Shown: positions 24,821-39,365, counted from the whole stretch's first letter. The stretch is 63,394 nucleotides of DNA, filler included, from Collodictyon triciliatum (GCA_043381765.1; 5 parts of 5 records of this genome joined end to end with filler, not necessarily neighbours in it), one strand, 5' to 3'. Numbers and translations: made by a program. The notes: generated from the sequence alone by a model not told the origin.

Positions 24821-27800
24821 ATGGACGTGGCTATTGGGCGTCTATGGGTGCTTGTGTCGGAGGGCCGCAACCTTGCAGTAAAAGATTTGACAGGTTCTGT
24901 CCACAATTCATTTGTGCCATTATACATATTATTTGTTGCTTTTATATTTATGGTCGAGCTACTTTTCTTTTCCTTTCTTTTGAAATGCCTCTGTATAACA
25001 TATCAACTTTAAATATATCATCAGCACCAATCCTTCATAATTTCGTCAATATATGGCTGAAGCGCTGGCTTTAACTTTTTTTTTCTGTTTTTTATATAAA
25101 AAACCTAACATAATTTATATTTCCGGGATATGTGTAATATCTTACATACTTCACTCTTTTAAATATTATGTGAGGTGCCCATCAACTCCACGTTTAGTCC
25201 CTAACTTATATTTTGCACCCAGGAACAAGTGACCCGTATTGTGTCTTAACTATTGAAGGCCAGAGTCAACGCCAGGAACATAAGACAGAGGTCATCGACC
25301 GCAACCTGAACCCAGTTTGGAATGAGGAATATACCTTGTAGATATTATTTTTAAATGCATTTGCCCGATATATATATATGAGAACTGATTTCATGTAAAA
25401 CATAATGTCGTTATTTTAATTAAGTGGTAAACTGCTAATTTTTCTCGTATGATTTAGAGAATGTTCATTCCAAAATAATCAAACCTCATCATTTTATCAA
25501 ACAGTGATATCTTTACCAATAAAGCATCACTTCAAGTGCTAATGTGGGATGAGGATTTGTTATCAAAGGTTCAATAGGGCTATACGATTTGAGATATTTT
25601 TTCTTGCTTTTTTGGACTTGTAATTCAGAGGAGAGGTATAGGATAGAAAAAGAACTTCATATACATGCCATATTATAGGACGACTTCATGGGTATGGTGA
25701 ATGTTCCTATTTTCCCGGATCTAGATGACGAAGAAATCGTGGAGAAATGGATTACTTTGCTTCCGAGAAAATCCAAAGACAAAGTCAAAGGAGACATCAA
25801 AATGAAGTTCCAATTTATTTCCACGGTAAGCATTCAACTTAATTAAATGACATACATGTCCAAAATCTGCCAAAGTTAATTGGGAACAATTTATTTGTTC
25901 AGTTTGGAATGGACGACTATCTCATTTCCCAATATATGAAGTTTGGTCAGGTAAACTTTTCGAACAAATTAGAACACTTATTTTCAGTCGATCATGTCAT
26001 TTTAATATGATTTTTTTTTGTTATGTTTCGGACTCAAACCGATTCGGAAGTAATATCTTTACATATTTCTTTAACAAAATATTAGTATTTGACCAGAGAT
26101 TTGAAAACTGTGATGGCTTTATGTGATGCTACAACTGAGAGAAAAGATGATATATGTCGTATCTTGGTCAGTCTCTTTCATCAACACTCTTCTAGTAACA
26201 CACTCATCCGGGCCTTCTGCGAGCGAGAGGTCAATGCTACTCGTGAGTTTTGTCTTCATTTTGTACAATCTTATGTCACATTAAACATTAGTGTATAATT
26301 TCAAATGATTAGTCGGCGAGTCAACTTTGTTTCGGACTGATTCGATGGGTACAAAACTCATTAGCGCACTATGCAGGGTTTCTTTTTGCTCAGTTTTTTT
26401 ATTTATATAAAAAATAATCAAAATCAAATAATAATCACACACACAAAATAAAATCTGTCTATATCAAAATTCTTTACATGCACATATAAACTAATCAATT
26501 CAAAAGGAGAAAATTTTTGATGCCATATCTGCTTCTAAAAGTCAAAATTTAGATGAGCATAATATTTACACTGTTATAATATCTACAATATAATATGTTT
26601 TGTAATTTTATCTATACAAAGGTCACAGGGCTAACATATTTGAAAACTACTCTCGCTCGCCCGGTTGCATCTCTTATTGCTAATGCACCAAACATGGAAA
26701 TTGATCCATCTCGCATGAGCAGCAAACAAAATGAAGCGAAAAACACTGAGACGTTGAGAAGTGTGGCCCAACAGTTTGTAGATAGCATTCTCGGCTCTTT
26801 AGACCGGATTCCATTGTTTGCATTTTGATTGCAAAATAGATTTATAATACTAAATCATGATGAATATACCATAGATGCGAATAATATAATGTCGTATCCG
26901 TTCCCTTGATTTTTATATTATCTGGAAAATTTCAAAAAAATCCAAAATCCAATAATTATTTGAATTGTAATTGTTTTGCCCCCAGAATCTTAAGAGAAAC
27001 AGGATTTATCATTTCTGAGGAAGTGGTCAAAAAGTTTCCAACATCAGCACGCGTGTCTATGGCAGGATTTTTCTTTTTGAGATTTATTTGTCCTTCTTTC
27101 CTCAACCCCAAAAAATTTGAGCTCATAGATGAAGGTGCGTTATTTATTTGGAACAACTTAATATATATATATATATGCTGAAGCCAGCATCTAGATTGGA
27201 AATCAGAATAAAGAATCATTAATTCTGGTTATATTTTAGCATCGATGACCGACCACGTTCAGAGAGCCTTTATTTTGGTTGCAAAAATTATGCAAAACAT
27301 GGCCAATAATGTTCAATTTGGTGGGAAGGAGGCGTACATGATCCCTTTGAATGATTTGATTTCATCTAACCAGTCACGTGTAAATTCATTCCTTGAAGAA
27401 TTGCCCACCAAACCAAAAGTAATTTAATTATTCCTTCATTATATTAGCATGTTAAGTTCTATCTGTAGACGATGTCATACTTTCCTGATTTTTTCCCTTC
27501 AATTTCTCGCTATGAATCAATTTATTTCTATAGGACACATTTGAATTCTTATCAGTGCCCCAAGAACTCGAAAAATCTATAACAAAGGCACTTTCACATG
27601 ACCTCAAAATCATTCATCGGCATATGATATCACCTAATGTTGCAGATAAGTTCTCGAAGTCTTTGGACATCGATATCAAGTGAATATATCTCGAATACTA
27701 AATACAAACAAAATTTATTTAATCATGGCATATCCAGTATGTATGAAAGAAAAGTTTGAGAGAAAGCACTTTAACGATATTTTCCATTTAATGACGATTA

Positions 27801-29775
27801 ACACCAATTTATATGTTGTGTGGCTCTGGTATGAAAAAAAACAACAACAACAAAATACAAAGGACATCTGGATACGATATATCCAAACTATTAGACATTC
27901 TTCCACGCCCAGCCAACTTCCAGGATTTGACCAGTCATATGCACAATTTCAACCTTTACATGAGTGAATACACCAAAGGCGAACCAAAAACAATTATTGT
28001 GCACCCGACCGATGAGGTTCCAGTCGAATCTCTGGAGAAAAAGTTATCAGAGGATTCCAAGGCGATGTTTAATTTAATTGAAATAATTATTGATGCTCTG
28101 GTGTTTCATTGCTGCCTACTAATCTAACATTGTTATATGTATGCTTTTTTCTAAAAATAAATAAATCTAGTATTATTATCAAGATTGCATGAATTGCAGT
28201 TGATTTTTTTTTTTTTGCCAATTACATCAACTTGTAAAATAATAGGAAGTATGAGGATATTGGACACAACCAAGATTCACAAAATCAAGCTGATACACCC
28301 CTTGTGAAGGTTTCTTTACTGTATCCAAGAATTAGAAGCTTACAGATGCATCAATAATCCCCATTGAAGTTGTGTATCCAATCAGACTTATATAAAAATT
28401 AGGAAACGTCAGGGGCAGTTGAAGATTTAGATGAGCTTCTTCGCCAATTGGAGAGTGAAACTATAAAAACTGGTAAACAAGAAACAGAAAAAGAACCGGT
28501 CGAAAAAGAGAAGGAACAAGAAAACGTCGCCGCTCCAATAGCTCAAATACAAGAGGTGCCTGAAAGTGACCCAAGGCTCGAAGAGTCCTTCTATGCACAG
28601 CTCCCTGAACCCCCAAGCAGCCCCGATATTTGCCTCACTTGCAACCAAAATGTATGGATAATATCAAGATTGATGTCTGTAATTGGTTTCATTCAATTTT
28701 GCCTTTCTTAGTTATTTTCTCATTTTCTACATATTTTCACTCATTTTCTTACCTTATCTTAATTTTTTTAAGGTATCTGAAGACGATTCATACGCCTCTG
28801 CTTGCGACAGAAAGTGGCACATAAACCACTTTCAGTGCACTTATTGTCAGGCGGATTTGACGGGAGTTCCTTTTGCAGAGAAGTTTAAACGCCCGTTTTG
28901 TGAGCAACATTACAGCGAAATATTTGGAGTCAAGTGCCGCTCTTGCAAGAAACCGATAGCTGGTCAATGCATCCAGGTGAGATGTTATCATGTTCATTCC
29001 CCCAAAAAAATTAAATAAGCAAATGTGACATAGGTAAACAATCACTAATTAAATTACTGTCACCTAATTATTCATACCTATTTCTCTCATCGTTCTTTTC
29101 GGTAATATTTTGTTGATTAATCGCTACAGATTGTTGGCCAGCTCTTTCATCCAGAGTGCGCAAAGTGCGAATCTTGTCAAACTGTCTTTGGCTCCAAAAA
29201 AATATACCAAAAGACATCCACAATAATCTGCGAAGACTGTTACCTGGCTACAGCAATTCGGTGTGGATATTGCAATGAGGTGTTTCTTATAAAAATGAAA
29301 TTTCTTTGTAAACAAACAAACAAACAAACAAACAAACAAACAAACAAACAAACAAACAAACAAACAAACAAACAAACAAACAAACAAACAAACAAACAAA
29401 CAAACAAACAAACAAACAANAAACAAACAAACAAACAAACAAACAAACAAACAAACAAACAAACAAACAAACAAACAAACAAACAAACAAACAAACAAAC
29501 AAACAAACAAACAAACAAACAAACAAACAAACAAACAAACGAACAAACAAAAAAAAATTACAGTTTGTGAGTGAATTATTATTTATTTAGTTCTTTTTGG
29601 AATTAATCGAATTTTTCTACAGGTTATAATGGGAAAGCATCTGAATGCCTTGAATCGTGCATGGCATGTGGAGCATTTTATCTGCACAATATGCACTAAT
29701 CCCATTCCCCTCGGAAAAGGATACCGCCAACACAATGGACAACCTATGTGTGAAGGATGCACGCCCGCTTCATAG
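24821..29775 (+). CDS. C2 domain - RasGAP - 3x LIM domain protein, multi-exon
   Basis: C2: LWVLVSEGRNLAVKDLTGTSDPYC..NLNPVWNEEY..MWDEDLLSKDDFMG. RasGAP: STLFRTDSMGTK (arginine finger), GFFFLRFICPSFLNP, VAKIMQNMANNVQFGGKEAYM. Three LIM domains start at CLTCNQ, CRSCKKP and CGYCNEV. Stop TAG at 29775. Confidence 0.9.
29309..29548. repeat. Intronic (AAAC)n
   Basis: Directly visible. Confidence 0.95.
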
Positions 29776-30421
29776 CCCGATGACGCCCAAATTGCCTTAC
29801 CTATCTGTCAATAGGAAGGGCGAAGAAGAAAAGACGAGAAATAGGGCGATAAGGAATGGAGAAAAAGAAAAGAGAATCTTGCCAACACCGGATTTCACAG
29901 CACATAAAACCTCATTGCGCCCTACTCTACCGAATACCAGTTCTACTAACATCATTCAGTGAATTTACATATTTCTGGAACTAATTGACACTTTTTTTTT
30001 TCCACTCACTTTTTCAACCTTCGGCTGCGATAATCAAACACAAACAATTCACTCGCGCTTCAGACAAGAATCAACGTGCTTTGCAGAAAGTGTTGCTACC
30101 GATCTGCAGTCTCTCTATGTTTCGCACTCGATTTCACAAGTCATCAAAAACTGAACCCGTCTTGTCTCTCCTTGAAACAGCCTTCTGAATTGTTGGCCCC
30201 ACTGGCTTACAAACTATATTCCAAAGCTAAGACGCATAGAACGTCACGAAGGGTGTTGACAAAAGAGTAAAATAAAAGGATGTGGATGATTTACAGAGAA
30301 ATAGTGCTTATCCAAAGAAAATTATCATTGTTGTGAGGCTTTTTTTTTTTTAGCTCACACAATTTATCCTATATTCCTTTTTGGCTCGCCTTTTCGTTGT
30401 GTTCTTCTGAAGAAGCTTGGG

Positions 30422-33400
30422 ATGGAGGATGAAAGTGCACCTCCGCCGCCAGAACGGAAGCAGAGAACACTAACGGCAGCTAGGTTTGGTCTTTATTACT
30501 ATTGTTGTTATTTTGTTATTTTCATTATTGTATTTAAAGCATTTTGAAGTAATTTCTCTTAATTTTTTTTCAAAATCTAATGACTATGATAATGATAATG
30601 ATAATGATAATGATAATGATAATGATAATGATAATGATAATGATAATGATAATGATAATGNNNNNNNNNNNNNNNNNNNNNNNNNNNNNNNNNNNNNNNN
30701 NNNNNNNNNNNNNNNNNNNNNNNNNNNNNNNNNNNNNNNNNNNNNNNNNNNNNNNNNNNNNNNNNNNNNNNNNNNNNNNNNNNNNNNNNNNNNNNNNNNN
30801 NNNNNNNNNNNNNNNNNNNNNNNNNNNNNNNNNNNNNNNNNNNNNNNNNNNNNNNNNNNNNNNNNNNNNNNNNNNNNNNNNNNNNNNNNNNNNNNNNNNN
30901 NNNNNNNNNNNNNNNNNTTGTTGTTGTTGTTGTTATTTTGCAATACAGTTTTGCCTATTCAGATGATATCTCATGGTTTAATGTTATTTGATATTTATTT
31001 GATCATACTTGAGAAAATCTCGAGTTACCGATATATTTTATTTTGCATAGCTCTCATAAATGCTATTTTTTTCTTCGCAGGAGTTTTTGGAAGACCAATT
31101 CCACCAGGCCTTGGGAGACCTGATCCAAGATGGAGTTATATTGTGCCGGTATGGTGATGCGACCATTTGTATATCTTTCCCTTTTCTAAATCATTAACTG
31201 CATACTGAATCGTTTAATGCTTTTTAACTAAAATTCATTGTTACTCAACAGGTGTATTCAAAAGTTGGATGAACAAAATACAAAGCTAAAATATCATGCA
31301 AAGCCAAAATTGACTTTCCATATGAAAGAAAATCTCGATATTTTTGTCACTCATTGCGAGAAACTTGGAATCAAGCGAAAGTTCGATGTGAAGTATGCTT
31401 TTTTTCTGGGAATGTATATTAAAACTACAAGCTGTGTATCATTTTAGCGAAAGATATTATTGGTACCTTTAACAATTCTACGTTCTAATTGCCTCTCTTT
31501 CTTTCTCTTTTTTCTCTTTTTTCTCTTTTTTTTCTTATTTTTTCTCTTTTTTTCTCTCTCTTTTCTCTTTTTTCTCTTTTTTCTCTTTTTTTCTATTTTT
31601 TTCTCTTTTTTCTCTTTTTTCTCTTTTTTCTCTTTTTTTCTATTTTTTTCTCTTTTTTCTCTTTTTCTCTTTTTTCTCTTTTTTCTCTTTTTTCTCTTTT
31701 TTCTCTTTTTTCTCTTTTTCTCTATTTTTCTCTCTTTTTTCTCCTATTTTCTCTTATTTTATTTTTTTAAAAAAAAAACCACTGAAGGGCTGTCTCGAAC
31801 AAGGAGGATGTATCCACTGCAGTCCACTTTTTATGTGATTTTGCCAGGGTATAGTGCCATATTAAATATTTGATTTATCAACCAAAATATACGGCTATGT
31901 CGACTCCATAATTGATTGTTTCTCTTCATGTATTTATCCAAACATTAGTATCTTGCCAAAGAAGGGAAGGTGAAGCATCAACCTTGGATGAATGAGCCAT
32001 CTGGACATACCCCTCACAAATCCGTCTCCACAAAGAGTGACGCGTCGACAAACTCATTTTTGTCTGCTGCGATGCCTTTTATTCAGCAATCTGCAAAAGC
32101 AAAAACAAAGAGTGCGGAAACTGCAAGCTCCACATCAACAAGACAGCCTCGGCCAATGTCAACATCATCGAATACTAGTCATTTCTATACATCGAACGAC
32201 TCATCGTCCACCTCTCAAACACCTGTTTTTATTCCCATTGACCTTCCTCCGCCGCCACCATTCAACCCTTCAGAAGCAGACGACCAGCATCCAAACCGAG
32301 GGTTTTCAAAATTTCTTCTTCTCGTCCTTTTATTGATGATTAAAATCTATCTATACTAATGTCATTTTTCAACCATAGCTTTTAAATATCAGTATATTTG
32401 AATATTTTATCTGGGTTTTTGGGAATGAGCATATCTATTAACCAACGTTTGTTCTTGAAAATGTCTTCAGCTCTGTTGGATGGTTATCCGGGAAGACGTC
32501 GCTTAGCAATGCCCCAGCAGGAGCTAGTTCGTCTGGAACACAAGAAACTCCGGTAACTTTTTTTTTTCATCTTTGCTTTGCAATAACCGTGAATCTGCAG
32601 TGAAGTGTTTTGGATCAACACCCACAAACTTATTTCAACCTGTGTGTTTCTTTCACTATCATTTTACTTCGAAATATTTTTAAGGGCAAGCCAGTTATGT
32701 CAATCACTGACCCTCGTTCTTTTCTTTTGTTTTGTTTTGTTTTGTTTTGTTTTGTTTTGTTTTGTTTTGTTTTGTTTTGTTTTGTTTTGTTTTGTTTTGT
32801 TTTGTTTTGTTTTGTTTTGTTTTGTTTTGTTTTGTTTTGTTTTGTTTTGTTTTGTTTTGTTTTGTTTTGTTTTGTTTTGTTTTTAATGCAAAAAAAAAAA
32901 TAGGAGAAAACGAATTCATGAATAAATTCACTCATCAAAATTTAGGAAACGCAGACAAAGTCAAAAGGCTTTCAACTTTTTAACAAATTCCGTCTCTCTC
33001 TGGGTGGTATGCAATTTAACTGAATACATAGCCATTTGGCCCAAATATAACAAAATGCTGTAATCGCTCTTTCTTTCCTTTTTTTTAAAAAACAAACAAA
33101 CAAACAATCAATCAATCAAATATGCAATTAAATGAACAGTAAAATCGTCCAAGAAAGACGAAGACGAGAGCGACTCGCCCAATACCGAATCTGCATTCTC
33201 ACAACCAAGTGAATCCCAAGCGGAGCCTTCTCTTCCTTCATTACCACCCCCACCACTGCCACCACCGCCGCCTTTTCAACAACAAGAACCTATCACCCAT
33301 GCAATCCCTGAAGAAGCACTGGCAGAGTCAACAGATGAGAGAGGAGACTCTGATGTACACTCCACGTCCTCCAGAAGTTCGGTCGAGCAAGTCGACAACT

Positions 33401-35526
33401 CATTCAACATAGCTGACCTGAGCAACCTGAACGCTACTAATATCGTTGACTCCTCTGAAGACGACGATGACAGTGAGTACTACCCAGAAAGCGCCACCAA
33501 TTCAAACCGAAGCAGCTGGATAGACCATGAATCCCAGCCAGCGCCCTACTCTCTGACACATAGCAACATGTCCAGTTTGAGACTTATGATTGAGGCAAAG
33601 TTGAAGGATCAGAACGCGCGCAAAGTGGCCGAGGACAATGCTGTAGCCGATAGTACTGTACTTGCGAACACTCGCGAGTTTCCGTTACCACCTATCTTGA
33701 GGGACAAACCACTTGAATCAGAATCTTCGTCTGTCGCTGAGGAGGCTGGATTTGGGAGTGGAGGTCGCCACATGGCGAGAGACCGTGTCTCCTCTGTTGT
33801 TTTACGCCCGTGCAGTCAATCATTAGATTCCGATGGGACCACAGATTCCCCTAAGCCATCAACGCCAGTCGCTTCCAGCACTCTGATATCTGAAGATGTA
33901 TGTTCTTGCTCTCATTTATTCATTTGCGATTGCTTTATTTATCGACTTTTAATTCATAAACATATTGGTATATTAGAGGCGTGAATTCCACAGAGAAAAG
34001 GTTCTTGAAGAGCTCTTCTTGACAGAGGCTGATTACCTTCGTGACCTTAAAATAATTGTGGATGTGCGTTTGAGTTTCTTTTCTGGAAGTATAACACCGC
34101 CCGACGAACAAAACAGAACCAAAACAAAGGAAAATATGCTTTAATGCATTAAGTACCCTTTATTCACTTTTTTTTTCCCAAAATAAAAAATTCTTCAAGG
34201 TATTCCTCACGCCCTTATCCGGTTCAAATGTACTGATGCCTTCACAAATTAATGAAATCTTTCCTGGAATTAAATCATTGTATGATCTCCATGTCATAAT
34301 CAAAGAGTAAGCTTTCCTTTCAATTAATCTTTTTCTTTCAGAGATATCAAAATTCAAACAATTTTATGATAAACTATTGGCTACTTATTCTTCCTTGATT
34401 TCTTTCCTCCGTGTAAAGTGAATTTAAGAAAGATAAAAATGCTATTGGAAAAACACTGGTTAAATACGGAGCAGCATTGAAGGTTTTATTTGAACAAAGT
34501 CAAAAGCAAGATAGAATAAAATAAAATAGTCTCAAAAATCAGCATAACCAAATTTCACCTTTTTTCACTTTGCCAAAATATAGATGTATAGTAGTTATTG
34601 TGCCGCCTATGATAATATATTGGCAGCAATAACGAAGCTTCGACAATCAAACTCTGGATTCAAAAAATTTCTTAAGGTAAAGCTGTGCTATATTTGTATA
34701 ATATTCTTAATTAATTTAACCTCTAGACTTCAAAATCCCTGGACTCTATCTAAATAAATATGTCTATACCTCTTCCAAAACCTGAATAACAACTATGTTA
34801 GGGCGCTCTTCAAAACGAAGTCTGTCGCGGTCTGGACTTAACCAGTTTTTTAATCAAGCCCGTTCAAAGGATATGCAAATATCCCCTCCTTCTTAAGGTT
34901 GGCGCTGTTCTACTCCCAGATACGATAAGACAAAAGCGCTCCTTTTTTTTTTTTTCAATTATAAAATGAAAAATATTTTTCCCTCACAAAAAGAGTTTTT
35001 TTTTAACATATTGATTTGTAGGAACTACTCAAAAATACACCCGAAACTCACGAGGACTATAAAAACATTGATGACGCTCTTCAAATTGTGAATAAATGTG
35101 CAGCTGGTGTGTAAATTTTCATATTTACTCTGTCATCAAACTGAATTCTTATATTCTTGAATAACCTATAGCATTTTCTCCATGAAACAGCATATATTTA
35201 TATCTCTTTATCCAGGGGTAAACCAGAAGGTGAAAGAAATGAAAAATAATGAAAGACTTCTCAGTATCAACAGTAGACTTGAAGGCTCCAAGGTGAACCA
35301 TTTCATATGCATAATATTGTTGAGTATGAAGGTTCTGTACCCATTTGAAGATGGAAATTTTTTTAACATTCATTTAACCCTAATCTTAAAGGAGAATCTG
35401 CTTACTCCAACCCGCAAATTTATTATGGAGGCCCCTGTTCGTAGATACTCTACCTCCCATGGCTTCCAACAGCGGGTTTTTACTTTCTTTTCTTTTCTTT
35501 TATTTCTTTTCTTTTCTTTCTTTTCT

Positions 35527-35570
<44 letters not shown>

Positions 35571-37296
35571 CTTTTCTTTCTTTTCTTTTCTTTTATTTCT
35601 TTTCTTTCTTTTCTTTCTTTTCTTTCTTTTCTTTCTTTTCTTTCTTTTCTTTCTTTTCTTTCTTTTCTTTCTTTTCCTTCTTTTCCTTCTTTTCCTTCTT
35701 TTCCTTCTTTTCCTTCTTTTCCTTCTTTTCCTTCTTTTCCTTCTTTTCCTTCTTTTCCTTCTTTTCCTTCTTTTCCTCTTCAACATCCCACAGCACATTG
35801 AGATTCGATATATGAAGAGTAAATACGCAGACTAAACATGTCACTTTCTACAAATTAAATCAGAGAATCATACTTTTCAACGACATGATATTGCTTGTCA
35901 AGGATGTAAAGCAGCATTCATATAAGGTTGTCTTTAACCACCTTGTACTTGTGTCGATATGAATTAAGATGTTAAATCAGAATCAATCAGTATATCGCTA
36001 TTGTCTAGAGTAAATAAACCACGTTTGCATTTTTATTTTTTTATTTTTTTACGAATCATGCTAATAACGACTTGATGTAGTGGAAGGATAATATGCTCCT
36101 TCAACAAAATCACGCAGTGCAAGAATATGACAGTGGTGGACTTGACTGCGGAGGTAATTGTCAATTCCTGATGAATTTACATCAATTATTTTTATCAGGA
36201 TAGCTAACAAGGAAGTATATCACGAAAAGAAATTGTATATCGCACTAATCATGCCTTACTATGATGCTAACTCAACTCGCAGAGTTTCGGTTTGGTTTTG
36301 AAATCATCCAAAAATCCAAGTCATCAGTGAGAGAGGGCTACTCATCAAAGTAAAACGTTTAATAATTTTAAACTCATTAAGCATAATGATAAATCGTGTG
36401 AGCCATACTCAACATGATCTGTTTGCAATATCTTCTCTTGCAGGATGATACTATTTGCTAGCTCGGCATCAGATAGAGCAGAAATTATGCAGCAGTTTGT
36501 ATTTTATATCTATATCATAGGTACATATGTGCACAAATAATCGTATTGTTCTTTATTCTAAAAAGAAAAAAAAAGGAAGTAATTAATTTTGGGTGTTGGT
36601 TTCATTATCGATTGTGATGTGGGCAATATTAGGGCGCACTCCCTCATCAACGAAATGTCAAAAAAGAGTAATTTTTATTATATGACTTACCATGCCTTAC
36701 CAACAAGCTCTTTGTCTTGAATGTGTAACCAAATATGTTTGACATCCTTCTTACGGATACATTTATTGCGCATAACAGATGACACTGGTGGTATGAAAGA
36801 ATGGAAAAAGAAGAGTCTTCGGTACACGTGTAAGGACACAAAACTCTTTCGAAAGATTGAACTGTACCAACCATATCAGTGTATATGACCCACCTTGTGA
36901 GTAACCTTCGGACTTTGCTATACCACACAAACCACAGATTCGACAGGAAGCATCGATGCAGGCACAAGACGCGGCTCAGTCTCATCTACAACCAGCGATG
37001 TCAGTGTTGACAGTATAGCCGCAAGCATGCTCCAAGAGGCATCGTCGTACTCGGTCTCGTCGTTGACCAGGCGTGGAGGCAAGGGTGCGGGCGAGCGAAT
37101 GAATTATCGCCAAAGTATTGGGGCAGATTCAGTCGTCAGTAGCAACATCGCGAATGATGAACCACCACCAAACTTGGACGAAATCAACTTCAGCGACAAG
37201 CTTGTAGAAACGGCAGAGGTGGCTCCTGAAAGCCCGTCTCAGTCATTCCAGACAGGACCTCCTCTTCCGGCTCGCCGGCAGAAGAGCGAAACCTAG
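30422..37296 (+). CDS. Rho guanine nucleotide exchange factor (CH - Pro/Ser-rich - DH - PH), multi-exon, contains an N gap
   Basis: CH: [119 protein letters not shown]. Confidence 0.9.
31500..31745. repeat. Intronic (TTTTTTCTC)n-like pyrimidine repeat
   Basis: Directly visible. Confidence 0.9.
32724..32883. repeat. Intronic (TTTTG)n
   Basis: Directly visible. Confidence 0.95.
35485..35777. repeat. Intronic 9-mer pyrimidine repeat (TTTTCTTTC/TTTTCCTTC)n
   Basis: Directly visible. Confidence 0.9.
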
Positions 37297-37773
37297 TTAT
37301 ATCCCAACGAACGAAAGCAATCTATATGACCCTCGCTATGTCACCCACACACCCACACGAATATAATTTCATATGCAACTCCAAACTTCCGTGTCATTCT
37401 TTTTCTTTTTCTTTTTCTTTTTCTTTTTCTTTTTCTTTTTCTTTTTCTTTTTCTTTCACAAGCACAGGATAATTGTTGTAGAGAGCACAGCCCAAAGGGA
37501 ATAACAGAATGAGCTTTCCCATCCTCCACCTCACCAGCCTTATCTCCGTCATCCCTCGTGAAAGCAGTCTACATCTAAGCCTCCTCCCATCCTCGTCAAA
37601 CAGAAGTCAAAGCAGTTATACACGACCCAGTCTCCTTTGTCCCTTGTTTTCTTCTTCGCCATTCCTTCGTCCCGTCGTTATCTCCATTGCAATGCTGTGA
37701 GTGGACACGGGGACGGCCAAGTGATTGAATAAACCAGGCCAACACAGAGCCAAACGCGCACACAGGGGAAGTC

Positions 37774-37873
37774 NNNNNNNNNNNNNNNNNNNNNNNNNNN
37801 NNNNNNNNNNNNNNNNNTTAATTAATTAANNNNNNNNNNNNNNNNNNNNNNNNNNNNNNNNNNNNNNNNNNNN
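37774..37873. other. Artificial contig linker N44-TTAATTAATTAA-N44 (identical at 18844-18943, 59304-59403, 62239-62338)
   Basis: Four identical 100-bp units whose core has stop codons in all six frames. Confidence 0.97.
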
Positions 37874-38130
37874 GAGCTCTTCCTACTGGGTGTCCCAGTC
37901 CACCTGTGGGAACTGCAGGGAACGCAGCATTATAATAAAAGTAGCTGTATCAGCAAGTTGTTCTCGCTCGGGCTTGTAAATCGGCTGCAAATCTTTTTAG
38001 ATCATCTATTGTTTGAGCTTGTTCAATAACAGCGGATTTTCAAGATTCAATAATGCATTTAAATCATTAACTGTTCTTTAAGATCTTTTATTTCGACATC
38101 TTTTGGTGTCAGGTGCGTCTTGCAACAAAA
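37874..38130 (-). pseudogene. Frameshifted remnant of a coiled-coil ORF in the viral block
   Basis: Pieces in different frames: LLQDAPDT / KDVEIKDL / KSAVIEQAQTIDDLKRFAADLQAR / YNAAFPAVPTGGLGHPVGRA. Confidence 0.35.
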
Positions 38131-38186
38131 TTTAAATTTTGTACTTGAGTTTCTAATTCCGAATTCTATACAATTGTATTGTGCAT

Positions 38187-39365
38187 TTATGCTTGTCTTC
38201 TTAGCTTTATAACTTCCTGAACTTTTCTTAAATTATCTCTTCGCCTGTTTAATTCTTCTGTGTTAAAACTAGAACTATGATTAGGTCTTTTTGGTGTTCT
38301 TGGTGTCTTTGGTGACTTTGTTACTGAAGATGAAACTGAAATGTCTGTTGTATCCAGTCCAACGGTAAAGTTTCCTGGTACAATTTTAGCTAGTGCTGCA
38401 CGTTGTTCCTCATGGCGGGCACGTTCATTTTCCATTTGCACACCCATGTCCTGTAATCTCTTTTGATAAATGTCTTTGTCTTGCATCAAGCCAGTTGCCA
38501 GTTGAGACGCAGTGTTAACAGTGTCTTGAAGTTCTTGTATATATTGGTTTTGTTCACTATTAGCAAGAGTCAAAGTATCTATGACTTCATATGCCTGATC
38601 TAATTTATTTTGAACAAGCTCTAATTGCTGAGCTAATTGTTCTACTAAAACATTTAATTGGGCCCCTGTTGTTTCAAGTGAACTCATTGATAATTTTTCG
38701 TTTCTGGCCTTAGTTTTACTACTTACTTGTTTATTTAATGAATTTGTTTGTTTTATTAAATTTATTCTAGCGCTCATATCTGCTAATTTTGCTGTTATGT
38801 TACTAATACTGACACTCTTGCTAGTATCGGGAACAGCAGTCCTGTTTGGTGTTTCTTTTGGACCAAATAATTCTCTTGCAGTTTTACTAATTGGTGATGG
38901 ACTCTTAAAATCAGTTGTACTCTTTGTACCAAAAGTTCTTAGAGTAACAGGCGTGCTTTGTGCTAGAAATGACTCTGCACTCATATTTGATGCATCAGGA
39001 TCTAAATCTATCGTAGATTCGTTGAGCATAGACTCTGTCTGTGCCTGTGTAAATGATCCTGATTGATTCAGCTGTTGTAGGCTTTGATTTAAAAAAGACT
39101 GTGCAGGATCTAATATCATACTCTGGGTTGTTTGGTCAGGGTTAAATGTAGTGTTTGGTGATGCCGCTCCCAGGACTTGAGGACTAAATAATATGTTAGA
39201 TGAACTCCTTGCCCTAGCAGCATAATTGGATTCATTAAAATATTGTGAGCGCTCAAATGTAGTAAACAAATTCCGCATGGACTGTGATAAAGCCGCACGA
39301 GAAATATGCCCACTTGTTTGTATCATGCTAACAATTGACCGTGCAAGTAAATTACTAAAATTCAT
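38187..39365 (-). CDS. Intronless 392-aa Ser/Thr-rich protein with C-terminal coiled coil (viral block, unknown function)
   Basis: Long ORF with no introns; heptad-like LNVLVEQLAQQLELVQNKLDQAYEVIDTL..LQDMGVQMENERARHEEQRAAL. Confidence 0.75.
   Translation of the reverse strand: MNFSNLLARSIVSMIQTSGHISRAALSQSMRNLFTTFERSQYFNESNYAARARSSSNILFSPQVLGAASPNTTFNPDQTTQSMILDPAQSFLNQSLQQLNQSGSFTQAQTESMLNESTIDLDPDASNMSAESFLAQSTPVTLRTFGTKSTTDFKSPSPISKTARELFGPKETPNRTAVPDTSKSVSISNITAKLADMSARINLIKQTNSLNKQVSSKTKARNEKLSMSSLETTGAQLNVLVEQLAQQLELVQNKLDQAYEVIDTLTLANSEQNQYIQELQDTVNTASQLATGLMQDKDIYQKRLQDMGVQMENERARHEEQRAALAKIVPGNFTVGLDTTDISVSSSVTKSPKTPRTPKRPNHSSSFNTEELNRRRDNLRKVQEVIKLRRQA

Noticed and set aside
29124-35844. 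FVCL, KQTN, FCFVL, RKRR and poly-F ORFs
   Set aside because: Translations of intronic microsatellites.
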